Source: Candidatus Magasanikiibacteriota bacterium
Lineage (GTDB): Bacteria; Patescibacteriota; Patescibacteriia; Magasanikbacterales; 2-02-FULL-50-9b
Direction: 5' to 3'
Length of the DNA stretch: 64,000 bases
Assembly (NCBI GenBank): GCA_943355025.1
Contig: CALRDW010000005.1
Location: forward strand, 244 to 64,243
Below are positions 37,351 through 48,084 of this stretch, piece after piece. The position numbers and the translations under genes are program-made. Numbering within the stretch: the stretch's first letter is position 1; every line of letters begins with the position of its first letter. A model generated the notes under the pieces. The model was not told where the DNA came from. It did no database searches and saw only the letters and a list, made by a program, of their open reading frames with translations.

Positions 37351-37356
37351 TATACT
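37351..37356 (+). promoter_or_regulatory. -10 element (gaTATACTggg) of the MFS transporter promoter
   Basis: TATACT lies 19 nt upstream of the ATG at 37376. The same -10 flavour recurs across the window. Confidence 0.3.
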
Positions 37357-37375
37357 GGGCAAGCACTCCAATTTT

Positions 37376-38557
37376 ATGACAACCGAAAAACAAAATAAAT
37401 ACAAAAAGAATATTACACTCGTTGGTCTCGCCAGTTTTTTTGGCGGCATCAGTCAAGACATGGTGGTGCCAATTATTCCTGTTTATTTGGCGAGTGTTCT
37501 CGGCATGCCAAAAACAATGATCGGTCTCAGTGAGGGCGTGCTTATGGCCGGCGCGAGCGCATTTAAAATTATTGCTGGTTGGTTATCTGATAAATATCGC
37601 ACACAAAAACCGTTCATTATTTTTGGATATGCAACGTCAATGCTTTCGCGCGCGCTTCTTGCCGCATTCGCATCGTTCGGCGCGGTAAGTGCACTCCGTT
37701 TTTTGGATGGTGTTGGTAAAGGAACAAAGGACGCGCCAAAGTCAGCTCTTCTTGCAAATTCAACGGAACAAAAAACGCGCGGAAAATCATTTGGCATCAC
37801 GCGTGCGCTCGACACGCTTGGTTCTGTAGTTGGTCCCGTACTTCTGTACATCGGACTCAGATTTTTTGGAACAGGCGCGAGCGGATATAAAACAATTTTT
37901 CTCCTCGCAGCAATCCCTGTTTTTATAACAATAATTATTTTTGCTTTTTTTATTTCAGAGCCACCGGTTGCTGAAAAAAAACAAACAACTGTTGTAGCGC
38001 CGCTGCCACGAGCGTTTTATATTTTTATTGCGATCGTCGGAATTTTTACGCTAGGAAATTCTAGTGACGCCTTTTTACTTTTACGGACGCAAGAGCTTGG
38101 TGTACAAGTCCTCATGATCCCGCTCGTATACGCGCTATTTAATTTTATTTATGCATCTGCTTCGATCCCGCTTGGCAGTCTCTCCGATAAAATCGGACGC
38201 ATTAATGTAATCCTTCTTGGCTGGATCGCTTATGCGATTGCATATCTTGGTTTCGCGAACGCAACGCACAGTTGGCATGCGTGGGTGCTCTTTGGTTTTT
38301 ATGGATTGTACTATGCAACAACTGAGGGCGTTGCAAAAGCATTTGTTGCGGATCTCGTCCCCCAGGACCGGAGAGGCACTGCTTATGGTATTTACAATAC
38401 GTCGATAGGTCTTCTTGCCCTGCCTGCAAGTTTTATTGCAGGTCTCGCGTGGGACCATATCGGAGTTTCCGCACCATTTTATATTGGCGCTTCAACTGCG
38501 TGTGTTGCAGCCACTGCACTTCTTTTATTCCAACCTAAATCGAAGGGCCTTTTTTAA
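37376..38557 (+). CDS. MFS transporter
   Basis: Twelve-TM-like hydropathy. Start set at M47 (MTTEKQN). Confidence 0.6.
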   Translation: MTTEKQNKYKKNITLVGLASFFGGISQDMVVPIIPVYLASVLGMPKTMIGLSEGVLMAGASAFKIIAGWLSDKYRTQKPFIIFGYATSMLSRALLAAFASFGAVSALRFLDGVGKGTKDAPKSALLANSTEQKTRGKSFGITRALDTLGSVVGPVLLYIGLRFFGTGASGYKTIFLLAAIPVFITIIIFAFFISEPPVAEKKQTTVVAPLPRAFYIFIAIVGIFTLGNSSDAFLLLRTQELGVQVLMIPLVYALFNFIYASASIPLGSLSDKIGRINVILLGWIAYAIAYLGFANATHSWHAWVLFGFYGLYYATTEGVAKAFVADLVPQDRRGTAYGIYNTSIGLLALPASFIAGLAWDHIGVSAPFYIGASTACVAATALLLFQPKSKGLF

Positions 38558-39194
38558 TAAGTGTAATTCCGCGCACATCAAAATACGCAAATGGTGAGGC
38601 AAGTAGATCACGAATCCAATCATAGACGACTGACGCATACCATCGTTTATCCGCAACAACACCGGTAGCATTAACACCAAGTTCGTTGCACAAATAAAGT
38701 GCGCGCGGCAAATGAAACCGTTGAGAAATCAAAATGACATCGTGAAAATTTTGTCGTTTTAAATTTGCACAACTATCATACGTGCGATATGCCGCATCAT
38801 CAATAAAAATAATTTCGTCAGGAACTTTATTTGCATGTAAATAATCGAGCATGCCTTGTCGCTCATTTGTACTATACTGTCCATCGTCGCCCGTGATAAC
38901 TACACCCATTACTTTTCTTAAACGCAGCAGTTCAATCGCTGTATCAAGTCGATCCTTAAGCGCAATACTCGGAACATTTGTTTTTGGATCAACAGAGGCA
39001 CCGAGCACAACTGCATAAATCGTTTGTGGCGCGTGATCAATATCAAAAATCCGATCAGCATATTTAAATCGAACCTGCGCACCAAGAATAAACGCGAGCA
39101 CACCGCAGCCAAGAATAGCGGCAATTACAAAAAGCACTGCGGCGCGTACCACCGGAGATTTTTCTTTGAATCGATCAATATGCTTTCGCATCAT
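38535..39194 (-). CDS. SanA/YdcF (DUF218) family protein
   Basis: N-terminal TM, then IYAVVLGASVD...IALKDRLDTAIELL...TYDSCANL. ATGA overlap with the uvrB stop. Confidence 0.6.
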   Translation of the reverse strand: MMRKHIDRFKEKSPVVRAAVLFVIAAILGCGVLAFILGAQVRFKYADRIFDIDHAPQTIYAVVLGASVDPKTNVPSIALKDRLDTAIELLRLRKVMGVVITGDDGQYSTNERQGMLDYLHANKVPDEIIFIDDAAYRTYDSCANLKRQNFHDVILISQRFHLPRALYLCNELGVNATGVVADKRWYASVVYDWIRDLLASPFAYFDVRGITLIKKGPSI

Positions 39195-41269
39195 ATAGGA
39201 ATCGTATCAGTTTTTGAACGTTTTTTCAACTCTTTTTTGAGCGCAACAAGTTCATCGCGCAAAATTGCAGCGAGTTCAAATTGTAGCTCTTTCGAAGCGC
39301 TGCGCATCTGAGATTCCTTTTCTCGAATAATTTGGTCAAGCGGCTTCCCTGCTTCCATAGCAAGATCAAGCGCAACAGTTGCACTTGTACCACCATCAGC
39401 GCTCGATTTTTTTGCGCGCGGATTTTTTCCTGATGTCAATCCAAAATCTTTGAGTAAATCACGCACTGCTTTTTTAATTGTCTGCGGCGTGATGCCATGC
39501 TTCACGTTGTATGCAGTTTGAATCGTACGGCGACGTTCCGTTTCACCAATCGCGCGCTCCAATGAGCCTGTCATGTGATCCGCATAAAGCACGACCTGCC
39601 CCGCCGCGTTTCGCGCAGCACGACCAATCGTCTGAATGAGTGCTGTGTCACTCCGAAGAAATCCTTCTTTATCCGCATCGAGAATGGCCACGAGCGAAAC
39701 TTCTGGAACATCAAGTCCTTCACGAAGTAAGTTAACTCCGACCAACACATCAAAAAGTCCGCGACGAAAATCGCCGAGAATTTGAATGCGTTCAATTGTA
39801 TCAATATCCGAATGCAAATATTTTACCTTCACTTTTTTGTCTTTCAAATAATCGGTCAAGTCTTCTGCCATTTTTTTTGTGAGTGTTGTTACCATTACAC
39901 GCTCATCACGCTTGGCACGCTCAACTGCCCGTTCAATTAAATCTTGCACTTGACCCCGATACTCTCCCTTTGCCGTAACTGGTTGAATAATAATCACCGG
40001 ATCAACAAGCCCTGTCGGACGAATAATTTGTTCGGCAATCTGCGATGATTTTTTTCGTTCAAATTCCGCAGGCGTTGCTGACACAAAAATAACCTGTTTT
40101 GTTCGCGCTAAAAATTCGTCCCCCGTAAGCGGCCGATTGTCGCCCGCGCTTGGTAAACGAAACCCATGATCAATCAATGATTTTTTTCGCGCTGAGTCGC
40201 CGCCCGACATCGCACCAACCTGCGGAAGTGTAACATGTGATTCATCAATCACAGTTAAATAGTCGTCTGGAAAATAATCGAGCAGTGTAAACGGCGGCTC
40301 ACCTGGCGCGCGACCATCAAAATAACGTGAATAATTCTCAACGCCGTTTACATATCCGATTTCTTTAATCATCGTGATATCGTATCGTGTACGACGCCTC
40401 AGACGATCTGCTGAAATAATGTCGCCGTTTTTTTCAAAAAATTTCAGCCGCTCTTCGAGCTCATACAAAATTTGCGTAAGCGCACGCTCAGTGGCATCTT
40501 TGTCCGCTAAATAATGTTTCGCCGGAAAAATCCACGCATCATTTGATCGGCCCTCTGACTTGCGTGAAACAATATCGAATAATTCAATCGTTTTTATTTT
40601 TCCACCACTTCCATCTATTCGATAAATTCTTCCCTCTTCAATGGGAACAATATCGAGAATTTCTCCGCGCAATCGGAATGTGCCGCGAGCAAGTTCAACC
40701 GTCGTACGTGTAAATTGCAAACTAATTAATTTTTTTAAAATCGTCGTGCGATCAAATGCATCGTTAACGCTCAACTGTAAAACACCACTCAAATAATTTT
40801 TTGGCGATCCCAAACCGTAAATGCACGACACTGACGAAACAATAATGACATCGCGTCGCGTTAAAAGCGCTTGTGTTGCGGCGTGACGAAGACGGTCAAT
40901 TTCCTGATTAATCATTGCCTCTTTCTCGATATACGTATCGGTCCCCGGCATGTACGCTTCAGGCTGATAATAATCGTAATACGATACAAAATACTCAACA
41001 GCATTATTCGGAAAAAATTCACGAAATTCATTGCAGAGTTGCGCGGCAAGCGTTTTATTATGTGCCATCACCAGCGTTGGTTTTTGAGTGCGTTCGATTA
41101 CCTCGGCAATCGTAAATGTCTTACCCGTACCCGTTGCACCGAGCAGTGTTTGCATGCGATCGCCGCGCTCGACGCCAGTTACCAATGCAGCAATAGCCTC
41201 CGGTTGATCCCCCGCAGGCTTATATGGCGCGACCAATTTAAATTTTTGCGACTCTTTTTTACCGAGCAT
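39191..41269 (-). CDS. uvrB: excinuclease ABC subunit B
   Basis: FKLVAPYKPAGDQPEAI...GATGTGKTF...helicase motifs...UVR domain. Confidence 0.9.
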   Translation of the reverse strand: MLGKKESQKFKLVAPYKPAGDQPEAIAALVTGVERGDRMQTLLGATGTGKTFTIAEVIERTQKPTLVMAHNKTLAAQLCNEFREFFPNNAVEYFVSYYDYYQPEAYMPGTDTYIEKEAMINQEIDRLRHAATQALLTRRDVIIVSSVSCIYGLGSPKNYLSGVLQLSVNDAFDRTTILKKLISLQFTRTTVELARGTFRLRGEILDIVPIEEGRIYRIDGSGGKIKTIELFDIVSRKSEGRSNDAWIFPAKHYLADKDATERALTQILYELEERLKFFEKNGDIISADRLRRRTRYDITMIKEIGYVNGVENYSRYFDGRAPGEPPFTLLDYFPDDYLTVIDESHVTLPQVGAMSGGDSARKKSLIDHGFRLPSAGDNRPLTGDEFLARTKQVIFVSATPAEFERKKSSQIAEQIIRPTGLVDPVIIIQPVTAKGEYRGQVQDLIERAVERAKRDERVMVTTLTKKMAEDLTDYLKDKKVKVKYLHSDIDTIERIQILGDFRRGLFDVLVGVNLLREGLDVPEVSLVAILDADKEGFLRSDTALIQTIGRAARNAAGQVVLYADHMTGSLERAIGETERRRTIQTAYNVKHGITPQTIKKAVRDLLKDFGLTSGKNPRAKKSSADGGTSATVALDLAMEAGKPLDQIIREKESQMRSASKELQFELAAILRDELVALKKELKKRSKTDTIPI

Positions 41270-41300
41270 GGAGCTATGATAGCCCGCGTGCAGTTAAAAT

Positions 41301-41654
41301 TCAAGCCGCTGTCAATTTTGGGAATGGGCCCAATTTTTTGAGGCGCGCCGCCGCACCACGCTCAAATAATTTTCTCTGCTCGGCCGAATCAACAATTTCA
41401 TCAACTTTTTCATCCTCACGACGTAAGGGCATGATGAATTTGTTCTCTGCCTCGGTAATACGTCTGTCGGTATAGGCCATAAGCTCATGCTTTGCTTCAC
41501 CAATCATTTGTTTGACATCGTCCTTGGTCGCAAAATTTTTCAGATCCTCTTTTGTCGCACAATTCTGAACTAAATACCTCAATAATTCCGTTGTTTCGTC
41601 TGTCGTATGAACATCTGCCACCGCATTTTCTGTGGCCCCCTCCTTTGGTTGCAT
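41301..41654 (-). CDS. hypothetical coiled-coil protein, paralog A of 48081..48563
   Basis: TELLRYLVQNCATKEDLKNF and TKDDVKQMIGEAKHELMAYTDRR are shared with paralog B. DNA identity is also visible. Start set at MQPKEG. Confidence 0.5.
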   Translation of the reverse strand: MQPKEGATENAVADVHTTDETTELLRYLVQNCATKEDLKNFATKDDVKQMIGEAKHELMAYTDRRITEAENKFIMPLRREDEKVDEIVDSAEQRKLFERGAAARLKKLGPFPKLTAA

Positions 41655-41684
41655 ACAAAACTCATTATTTTCTAAAGTAGGGTG

Positions 41685-41693
41685 AATATACCA
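41685..41693 (-). promoter_or_regulatory. extended -10 (TGgTATATT) promoter of paralog A
   Basis: Minus strand reads tggtatatt about 30 nt upstream of the ATG. An identical element precedes paralog B. Confidence 0.35.
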
Positions 41694-41748
41694 TCTTGTC
41701 AGCAACACAACAAACACCCTTGTCAAGACTCGACAAGCGAATACATCT

Positions 41749-43107
41749 TTAGATCTCAACAATTTGCCCCGGCATCGCTGCCTGCGCTTGAATTTTTAAT
41801 TTATTTTTTACTACTAATACAAATGCATGCGCTGCTGTTGGATCAGAATGCACAACAACTATTTGTCGCGGCGCACTCGGGCCTGACGAAACCCACTGCA
41901 ACAATTTATTTTGGTCACCGTGTGCCGAATACGAATCCATTTTTACCAACGCACATCGAACAGGAATTTGTTCCCCATTAATTGTAATCATTCGTGCACC
42001 TTCCTGAATCTTGCGGCCGATTGTTCCGTCCGCTTGATATGAAACCAGCAGCAACGTAGATTTTTTATCAGGCAAATAACGCATCAAGTGATGCATGATG
42101 CGGCCACCCGAAAGCATTCCTGAACCAGCGATAATAATTTTTGGTCCTGGAACAGAATTTATTTTTTTTGATTCTTCAACTTTGTATGTGACACGCAATC
42201 CAGGAAAATTTAAAAAATCCTCTCCGCTTTTATATTCCGCCATGGCCTGCTCGTCAAAATACTGTGGGTACTGACGATACACGTCGTTCGCGCGAATCGC
42301 AAGCGGGCTGTCTAAAAAAATCGGCACATGTGGAAGTGCGCGTTCGTGTTTAATCAATTGATCAAGTTCAAATAAAATTTCTTGCGTGCGCTCAATCGAA
42401 AACGCAGCGATCATCATCGTGCCGCCACGCTGAATCGCTTCAATAATATGTTTGCGTAATTCATACCGGCGTAGTCGCGGAGACGAGTGCAAGCGATCTC
42501 CATAGGTTGCCTCAGTAACCAAAATATCGCAGGGAACAAGCGCGACAGTCTCATGTACAATCGGCACGTTGTCATTTCCGATATCTCCAGAAAATACAGC
42601 AACTTTCCCGTGCGAACGAAATTCGACCCACGCCGATCCAAAAATATGACCCGCGTCACGCAGTAAAAAAGAAACATCGTTCGCAATTTCCTGCGGCCGA
42701 TCATAACGCATCGGTTTTAAATGTTGTTTTGCTCGTTCAACATCGGCCGCATCGTAGAGCATCGGCTTTTGATGATGATTAAAATCCATTCTCATCACTT
42801 CGAGCATATCGTCCCACTGCAATTTAATAAGTTCACACGTTGGTTCCGTTGCAAAAACGGGCCCACGATACCCGCGCGCGAACAACAAAGGCACTCTGCC
42901 GCAGTGATCTAAGTGCGCATGGGTAATAATTACGTGAGCAATCTCAGTCGGGTCAAAACTCAGCGGCGCGCGATTGCGTTCATCAGCAGAACTAGCCCCT
43001 TGAAAAATTCCACAATCAACCAAAACCTGTGTGTCGTGTGTTTCGATTAAATAACAAGAGCCCGTGACCTCGCCTGCAGCTCCGAAAAAATGTATTTTCA
43101 TAATCAA
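41749..43107 (-). CDS. MBL-fold beta-CASP ribonuclease (RNase J / CPSF-like)
   Basis: HAHLDHCG motif. Beta-CASP region. C-terminal RNA-metabolising MBL domain. Confidence 0.7.
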   Translation of the reverse strand: MIMKIHFFGAAGEVTGSCYLIETHDTQVLVDCGIFQGASSADERNRAPLSFDPTEIAHVIITHAHLDHCGRVPLLFARGYRGPVFATEPTCELIKLQWDDMLEVMRMDFNHHQKPMLYDAADVERAKQHLKPMRYDRPQEIANDVSFLLRDAGHIFGSAWVEFRSHGKVAVFSGDIGNDNVPIVHETVALVPCDILVTEATYGDRLHSSPRLRRYELRKHIIEAIQRGGTMMIAAFSIERTQEILFELDQLIKHERALPHVPIFLDSPLAIRANDVYRQYPQYFDEQAMAEYKSGEDFLNFPGLRVTYKVEESKKINSVPGPKIIIAGSGMLSGGRIMHHLMRYLPDKKSTLLLVSYQADGTIGRKIQEGARMITINGEQIPVRCALVKMDSYSAHGDQNKLLQWVSSGPSAPRQIVVVHSDPTAAHAFVLVVKNKLKIQAQAAMPGQIVEI

Positions 43108-43165
43108 ATCAACTACTGGTAATTATATAGGAAAACTGCTACAATTACGAGCATCAGATATATTT

Positions 43166-43888
43166 ATGCGGCAAAGTCCCGGCGGATCGTCCATCCAGAT
43201 TCAGGAACCCACACTTAAAGAAATCAAAAAACATCACGGCTGGTTTACAGGAAGTTGTTTAACCGGCTGTGGCTGTATTATTTTATTTATAGGTGCTTTA
43301 TATCTTGTTTTTCGCCTGCTCCTCGGGTCTGGTCCAACTAGTACAACAGACTTCCCAACAAATTTTCCAAAAGATATTCCGCAGACAAATCCGAATAGCG
43401 TTGTCAAAATTGTTAAGATTGACGGTCAGTCAAAGGAACGCGCACTATGGGTTGCAACAACAATTCCGCGTTTTATTGCAGGACCAATTCTCGACGAAAT
43501 AGATAGTGAAGCGCCGATCATCGAGGAAAAAGATTCGCTCGGTCGCGTCAATTTTAAGCATGAGCGATCAGCCCAAGATTACGCGCAGTACGTTTTTGGT
43601 TTTCCAATCAGCAAAAATAAAAATTCACAGACTGTTTCTGTTACATGGACAGGAATCAAATCTGACGTTCAAACAATTGTGAATTCCTATTCGAAAATTT
43701 TACAAAAAAATGGATACGAAATTACAACAAGTTCGTTCGCCGGTTCGCAAAAAGACGATGAAGTGCGCGCTGGTTTTTCATTTATAAAAGGTGAAACAAC
43801 AGGAACATACCGAGCGATTGATTTGCATACTGATCAGCCCGGCACTGAATATGTGCAGCTCATCGTCAATTACCCCGCGCAGCCATGA
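43166..43888 (+). CDS. hypothetical membrane-anchored protein
   Basis: Single TM (CIILFIGALYLVF). Start set at M35. ATGA overlap with murJ. Confidence 0.4.
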   Translation: MRQSPGGSSIQIQEPTLKEIKKHHGWFTGSCLTGCGCIILFIGALYLVFRLLLGSGPTSTTDFPTNFPKDIPQTNPNSVVKIVKIDGQSKERALWVATTIPRFIAGPILDEIDSEAPIIEEKDSLGRVNFKHERSAQDYAQYVFGFPISKNKNSQTVSVTWTGIKSDVQTIVNSYSKILQKNGYEITTSSFAGSQKDDEVRAGFSFIKGETTGTYRAIDLHTDQPGTEYVQLIVNYPAQP

Positions 43889-45507
43889 CTATAAAAAAAA
43901 TTCTCAATCACACATCTGATTCTATCGCAACAGCGGCGATAGTTCTTGCTGGTGCGTCACTTGTGAGTCGTGTGCTTGGTCTTGTGCGCGATCGACTTCT
44001 TACATACCATTTTGGTGCAGGCGATGTACTTGATACATACTACGCAGCGTTCCGTTTGCCTGATTTTTTATACAATCTACTTATTATTGGCGCACTTTCA
44101 TCCGCATTTATTCCGATTTTTTCAGAATATGTTTCTAAAGGAGCTCACGCGCGCGCGTGGAAATTCATGAATACGAGTATCGCGACGCTTGGTACAATTT
44201 TTTTCGGAATTTCACTCGTGTGTGCAATTGGCGCACCGCTCCTCATGGTTCTTATCGCACCAGGATTTAGTGGCGATAAATACACCCTAACTGTTCATCT
44301 GACTCAGATCATGATGATTTCTCCTGTACTCATGGGCCTTTCCGCAGTTGTTGGCGGCGCATTGCAATCAATGCGCAAATTTTTGCTCTACGCATTCGCA
44401 CCAATCATGTATAACCTTGGAATTATTCTTGGCATCTTGCTGTTTGTGCCTATTATGGGCCCCACTGGACTTGCAGTTGGTGTTGTTCTCGGCGCCGCGC
44501 TCCATTTAATAATTCAACTTCCAGCACTTTTTGAATCTGGATTTCGTCCAAAATGGGAATGGGGTTGGAAAGAAAAAGATGTGCAACTTTTACTAGTTCT
44601 CATGGCGCCGCGCGCAATCGCTCTCGCCGCAGTTCAATTAAATTTGCTCGTCATCACTAGTCTCGCATCCGAACTTTCAAGCGGCTCGGTTGCAATTTTT
44701 AATCTTGCAAATAATATTCAATCTCTTCCGATTGGAATTATCGCCGTATCGTATGCGGTCGCCGCGTTTCCACTCATGACAGAATTTGCAGCGCAAGATA
44801 ATCCTGATGGAATTGCGCGCACTGTTGCATCAACTTTGCGTATGGTTTTAACATGGATCGTTCCGATAGCCGTTTTATTTATCGTGCTCCGCGCGCAGTG
44901 GGTACGAATAATTTTAGGTACAGGAAATTTTGATTGGAACGCAACAATCACAACAGCAGACACGCTTGGTTTTTTTGCACTCGGCCTTGTGGGTCAGGCA
45001 TGTGTGCACACACTCGCGCGAGGATTTTATGCGCTCAAAGATACGAAGACACCAGCAATCACCGCGATTGGTGCGACACTTTTCAGTATCATCGTTGCAC
45101 TTCTACTCATGCGACCGCTTGGTGTTCGTGGCCTCGCGTTTGCGAGCGCACTTGAAGCAACGCTCAATGCATTGATTTTGTGGGCGCTTCTGCACAAGCG
45201 GCTTGGATCTATCGATGATAATCGCATGATTAAAACCGGCCTCAAACTTTTTGGTGCGGCGATTATCATGGGCTTCATTGTCCAAGGACTCAAAAATCCA
45301 ATCGCATATTTTGTTGATATGCAAACATTCTGGGGAATTTTTTTACAAGCGGTCGGCGCATCGCTCGGCGGTTTAATCGTTTACATCGGCATTGGCTTGC
45401 TTCTGCACAGCGAAGAGCTCCATGCAATTATTGACGCAAGCAAATTGCATATTGGAAAACTAAATCGCATTCGTGTACCCGTCGAAATGACAGATACTTC
45501 AAATTAA
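43885..45507 (+). CDS. murJ: lipid II flippase MurJ
   Basis: LVSRVLGLVRDRLLTYHFGAGDVLDTYYAAFRLPDFLYNLL. Confidence 0.8.
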   Translation: MTIKKILNHTSDSIATAAIVLAGASLVSRVLGLVRDRLLTYHFGAGDVLDTYYAAFRLPDFLYNLLIIGALSSAFIPIFSEYVSKGAHARAWKFMNTSIATLGTIFFGISLVCAIGAPLLMVLIAPGFSGDKYTLTVHLTQIMMISPVLMGLSAVVGGALQSMRKFLLYAFAPIMYNLGIILGILLFVPIMGPTGLAVGVVLGAALHLIIQLPALFESGFRPKWEWGWKEKDVQLLLVLMAPRAIALAAVQLNLLVITSLASELSSGSVAIFNLANNIQSLPIGIIAVSYAVAAFPLMTEFAAQDNPDGIARTVASTLRMVLTWIVPIAVLFIVLRAQWVRIILGTGNFDWNATITTADTLGFFALGLVGQACVHTLARGFYALKDTKTPAITAIGATLFSIIVALLLMRPLGVRGLAFASALEATLNALILWALLHKRLGSIDDNRMIKTGLKLFGAAIIMGFIVQGLKNPIAYFVDMQTFWGIFLQAVGASLGGLIVYIGIGLLLHSEELHAIIDASKLHIGKLNRIRVPVEMTDTSN

Positions 45508-45544
45508 AAAACCCCGCCGTCGAAGTATCGAGGAGAGGCTTTCG

Positions 45545-45585
45545 ACTTGCTCTCAGCAACCGGTTGGCTGCTTATTTTTTCAAGC
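45545..45585 (+). terminator. terminator region (palindrome AGCAACCGGTTGCT plus T-run) shared by convergent genes
   Basis: Seen directly. The strength of the T-run differs between strands. Confidence 0.35.
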
Positions 45586-46129
45586 CGGATTCTTCTTGAA
45601 CCGCTTCCCAAATGCGACTTCGCCACATGGAGGTACCCAGTCGCAAGAGGCCAAAGAACCAACCATTAAAAACGTCCCCTAACAACTGAACACTTTTCAG
45701 AAGAAGACTCTTTTGAGAATCGAACCACTGATCAAATGTTCGCAGCTCTCTGAGGCTAAGTAATTCACGCAGTTTTCCCCGGCGCAAGGAATCACGCGCG
45801 ACTAATGGAATCGGCGCCCATTCTATCTTGTCTTTTTCAGCTCGAAAATCAAGGCGTGGAAACAAGTCCCATACTTCCGGAACATCAAGCGCTGAAACAT
45901 AAACGAGCATTGCGTAGGTGAGCCAGGCGAAAGTAAAACGAATTGCAAACAACATGGTGGCGCCAACGGTCCCAAAAATGACACTCGCAAATCCATGCTT
46001 CAGACCAAAAGTGAGCTCGTAATCAGAACTATTATCGAGCAGCACCAAAAGAATGAGGATCACATACGTTGCAACATTCCACGTTTCGGCAACGCGGAAT
46101 CGGCCCCACGGAACCTTGAACTCAAACAT
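45572..46129 (-). CDS. hypothetical membrane protein
   Basis: TTGACA-17-TATCCT promoter and an AAAGGAG RBS upstream on the minus strand. Confidence 0.45.
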   Translation of the reverse strand: MFEFKVPWGRFRVAETWNVATYVILILLVLLDNSSDYELTFGLKHGFASVIFGTVGATMLFAIRFTFAWLTYAMLVYVSALDVPEVWDLFPRLDFRAEKDKIEWAPIPLVARDSLRRGKLRELLSLRELRTFDQWFDSQKSLLLKSVQLLGDVFNGWFFGLLRLGTSMWRSRIWEAVQEESGLKK

Positions 46130-46234
46130 CAGATAACTCCTTTTTAAAGTTAGAAAAAACTTCGTACTTAGGTTGCAGGATAGCAGACATTCAGGGTTTT
46201 GTCAAGAGACAAACCCATAATTTAGCTAAAAACT

Positions 46235-46262
46235 TGATTAAAATAGGGTTAATCGGTATAAT
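46235..46262 (+). promoter_or_regulatory. lepA promoter (near-leaderless)
   Basis: TTGATT, a 16-nt spacer, TATAAT, ending 10 nt before the lepA ATG at 46273. Confidence 0.45.
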
Positions 46263-46272
46263 CGCCGCACTT

Positions 46273-48084
46273 ATGAACCACATACGCAATTTTTGCATTA
46301 TCGCCCATATTGACCATGGAAAGTCGACGCTCGCAGATCGACTTCTTGAGGTTACCGGCACGGTGCAAAAACGCGATATGCAGGCACAGCTTCTTGATTC
46401 GATGGACATTGAGCGCGAGCGCGGCATTACGATCAAACTCGCTCCGGCGCGGATGAAGCACTCAGTCGCGGGTCAGGAATATGAACTCAACCTCATTGAT
46501 ACACCAGGACATGTTGATTTTTCTTATGAAGTTTCGCGGTCACTCGCCGCAGTTGAGGGTGCGCTTTTAGTTGTTGACGCATCACAGGGCATGCAGGCAC
46601 AAACGCTCGCAAACTTATATTTGGCGGTCGAGCAAAATTTAACGATCATTCCGGTTCTCAATAAAATTGATTTACCAAACGCAGACATTGAAAAAACATC
46701 CCGCGAAATTATTTCTGTAATTGGGTGTGATAAAGAGGATATTATTTTGGCGAGTGGTAAAACAGGTGTGGGCGTTCCCGCGATTCTTGACGCGATTGTC
46801 GCACGCATTCCAGAGCCGCAAGGAAATCCTGATGCGCCAGTTCGCGCACTTATTTTTGACTCAGTCTATGACGACTATCGTGGCGTTGTTGCAAAAGTTA
46901 AAATTGTCGATGGATCGCTGAGTCCCACGACAAAAATTAAATTCATAGCGACACAATCGCTCGGTGAAGCGCTCGAAGTTGGTTTTTATAATCCAAAATT
47001 AAACGCAACACCGATTTTAAAAACGGGCGAGATTGGGTATGTGGTTACAGGTCTCAAAGAAATTGTTGGCGTGCGTGTTGGTGACACAATCACGAGCGCC
47101 ATTAACGGATCGAGCGAGGGTCTTCCGGGATACAAACCCGTTGTGCCAATGGTCTACGCGGGAATTTTTCCGAAAGATGGCTCGCAATTTTCGCGACTGC
47201 GCGACGCCATGGAGCGATTAAAATTAAATGACGCATCGCTCATTTATGAAACCGAACAATCCCCGGCACTTGGTATGGGTTTCCGCTGTGGGCTTCTCGG
47301 GCTTTTACATTTAGAAATTGTGCAAGAACGTTTTGCGCGTGAATTTAAAATTGAAGTTGTGGTAACAACGCCGAGCGTTGCGCTCACGGTTAAAAAAACA
47401 AACGGCGATGTAATTACAGTTCACAGTCCGATGGAATATCCAGATCCAACTTTTATTGAAGAGACGCTCGAACCATGGGTTAAAATTGATGTGGTTACGC
47501 CTGCCGTGAGTCAGGGCAGCATCATGCAGCTTGTCCAAGAAAAACGTGGTCGCTATATCAACACGGAATATTTAGCAGGTGGCGATATGCATTCGCGCGT
47601 ACTCCTTCATTTTGAATTGCCTTTATCATCAATTTTGGTTGATTTTTATGATCGTTTAAAAAGTATTTCGAGCGGGTATGCTTCCCTTTCATATGATTGG
47701 CTGGACGAAGAGCCGGCGAATATAGTGCGTCTTGAAATTCTAGTCGCGGAAGAATCAATTGAAGCGCTTGCGACACTGGTTCCACAAGAAGATGCCTATA
47801 GAATGGGTAAGCGGATTGTTGAAAAATTAAAAGATCATTTGCCGAGACAAATGTTTGAAATTAAATTACAGGCCGTAATCGGCGGAAAAATTATTGCGTC
47901 GGAGCGATTGAGTGCAATGCGAAAGGATGTGACTGCGGGCTTGTACGGTGGTGACATCACTCGTAAGCGTAAACTTCTCGAAAAGCAAAAGAAAGGCAAG
48001 GAGAAAATGAAAACCGTTGGCCGCGGTTCGGTTGATATTCCACCAGAAACTTTTCTTGCCATTCTTAAACCTGATCAAGGCTAA
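46273..48084 (+). CDS. lepA: translation elongation factor 4
   Basis: IRNFCIIAHIDHGKSTLADRLL. Start set at M14 (MNHIRNF). Confidence 0.9.
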   Translation: MNHIRNFCIIAHIDHGKSTLADRLLEVTGTVQKRDMQAQLLDSMDIERERGITIKLAPARMKHSVAGQEYELNLIDTPGHVDFSYEVSRSLAAVEGALLVVDASQGMQAQTLANLYLAVEQNLTIIPVLNKIDLPNADIEKTSREIISVIGCDKEDIILASGKTGVGVPAILDAIVARIPEPQGNPDAPVRALIFDSVYDDYRGVVAKVKIVDGSLSPTTKIKFIATQSLGEALEVGFYNPKLNATPILKTGEIGYVVTGLKEIVGVRVGDTITSAINGSSEGLPGYKPVVPMVYAGIFPKDGSQFSRLRDAMERLKLNDASLIYETEQSPALGMGFRCGLLGLLHLEIVQERFAREFKIEVVVTTPSVALTVKKTNGDVITVHSPMEYPDPTFIEETLEPWVKIDVVTPAVSQGSIMQLVQEKRGRYINTEYLAGGDMHSRVLLHFELPLSSILVDFYDRLKSISSGYASLSYDWLDEEPANIVRLEILVAEESIEALATLVPQEDAYRMGKRIVEKLKDHLPRQMFEIKLQAVIGGKIIASERLSAMRKDVTAGLYGGDITRKRKLLEKQKKGKEKMKTVGRGSVDIPPETFLAILKPDQG

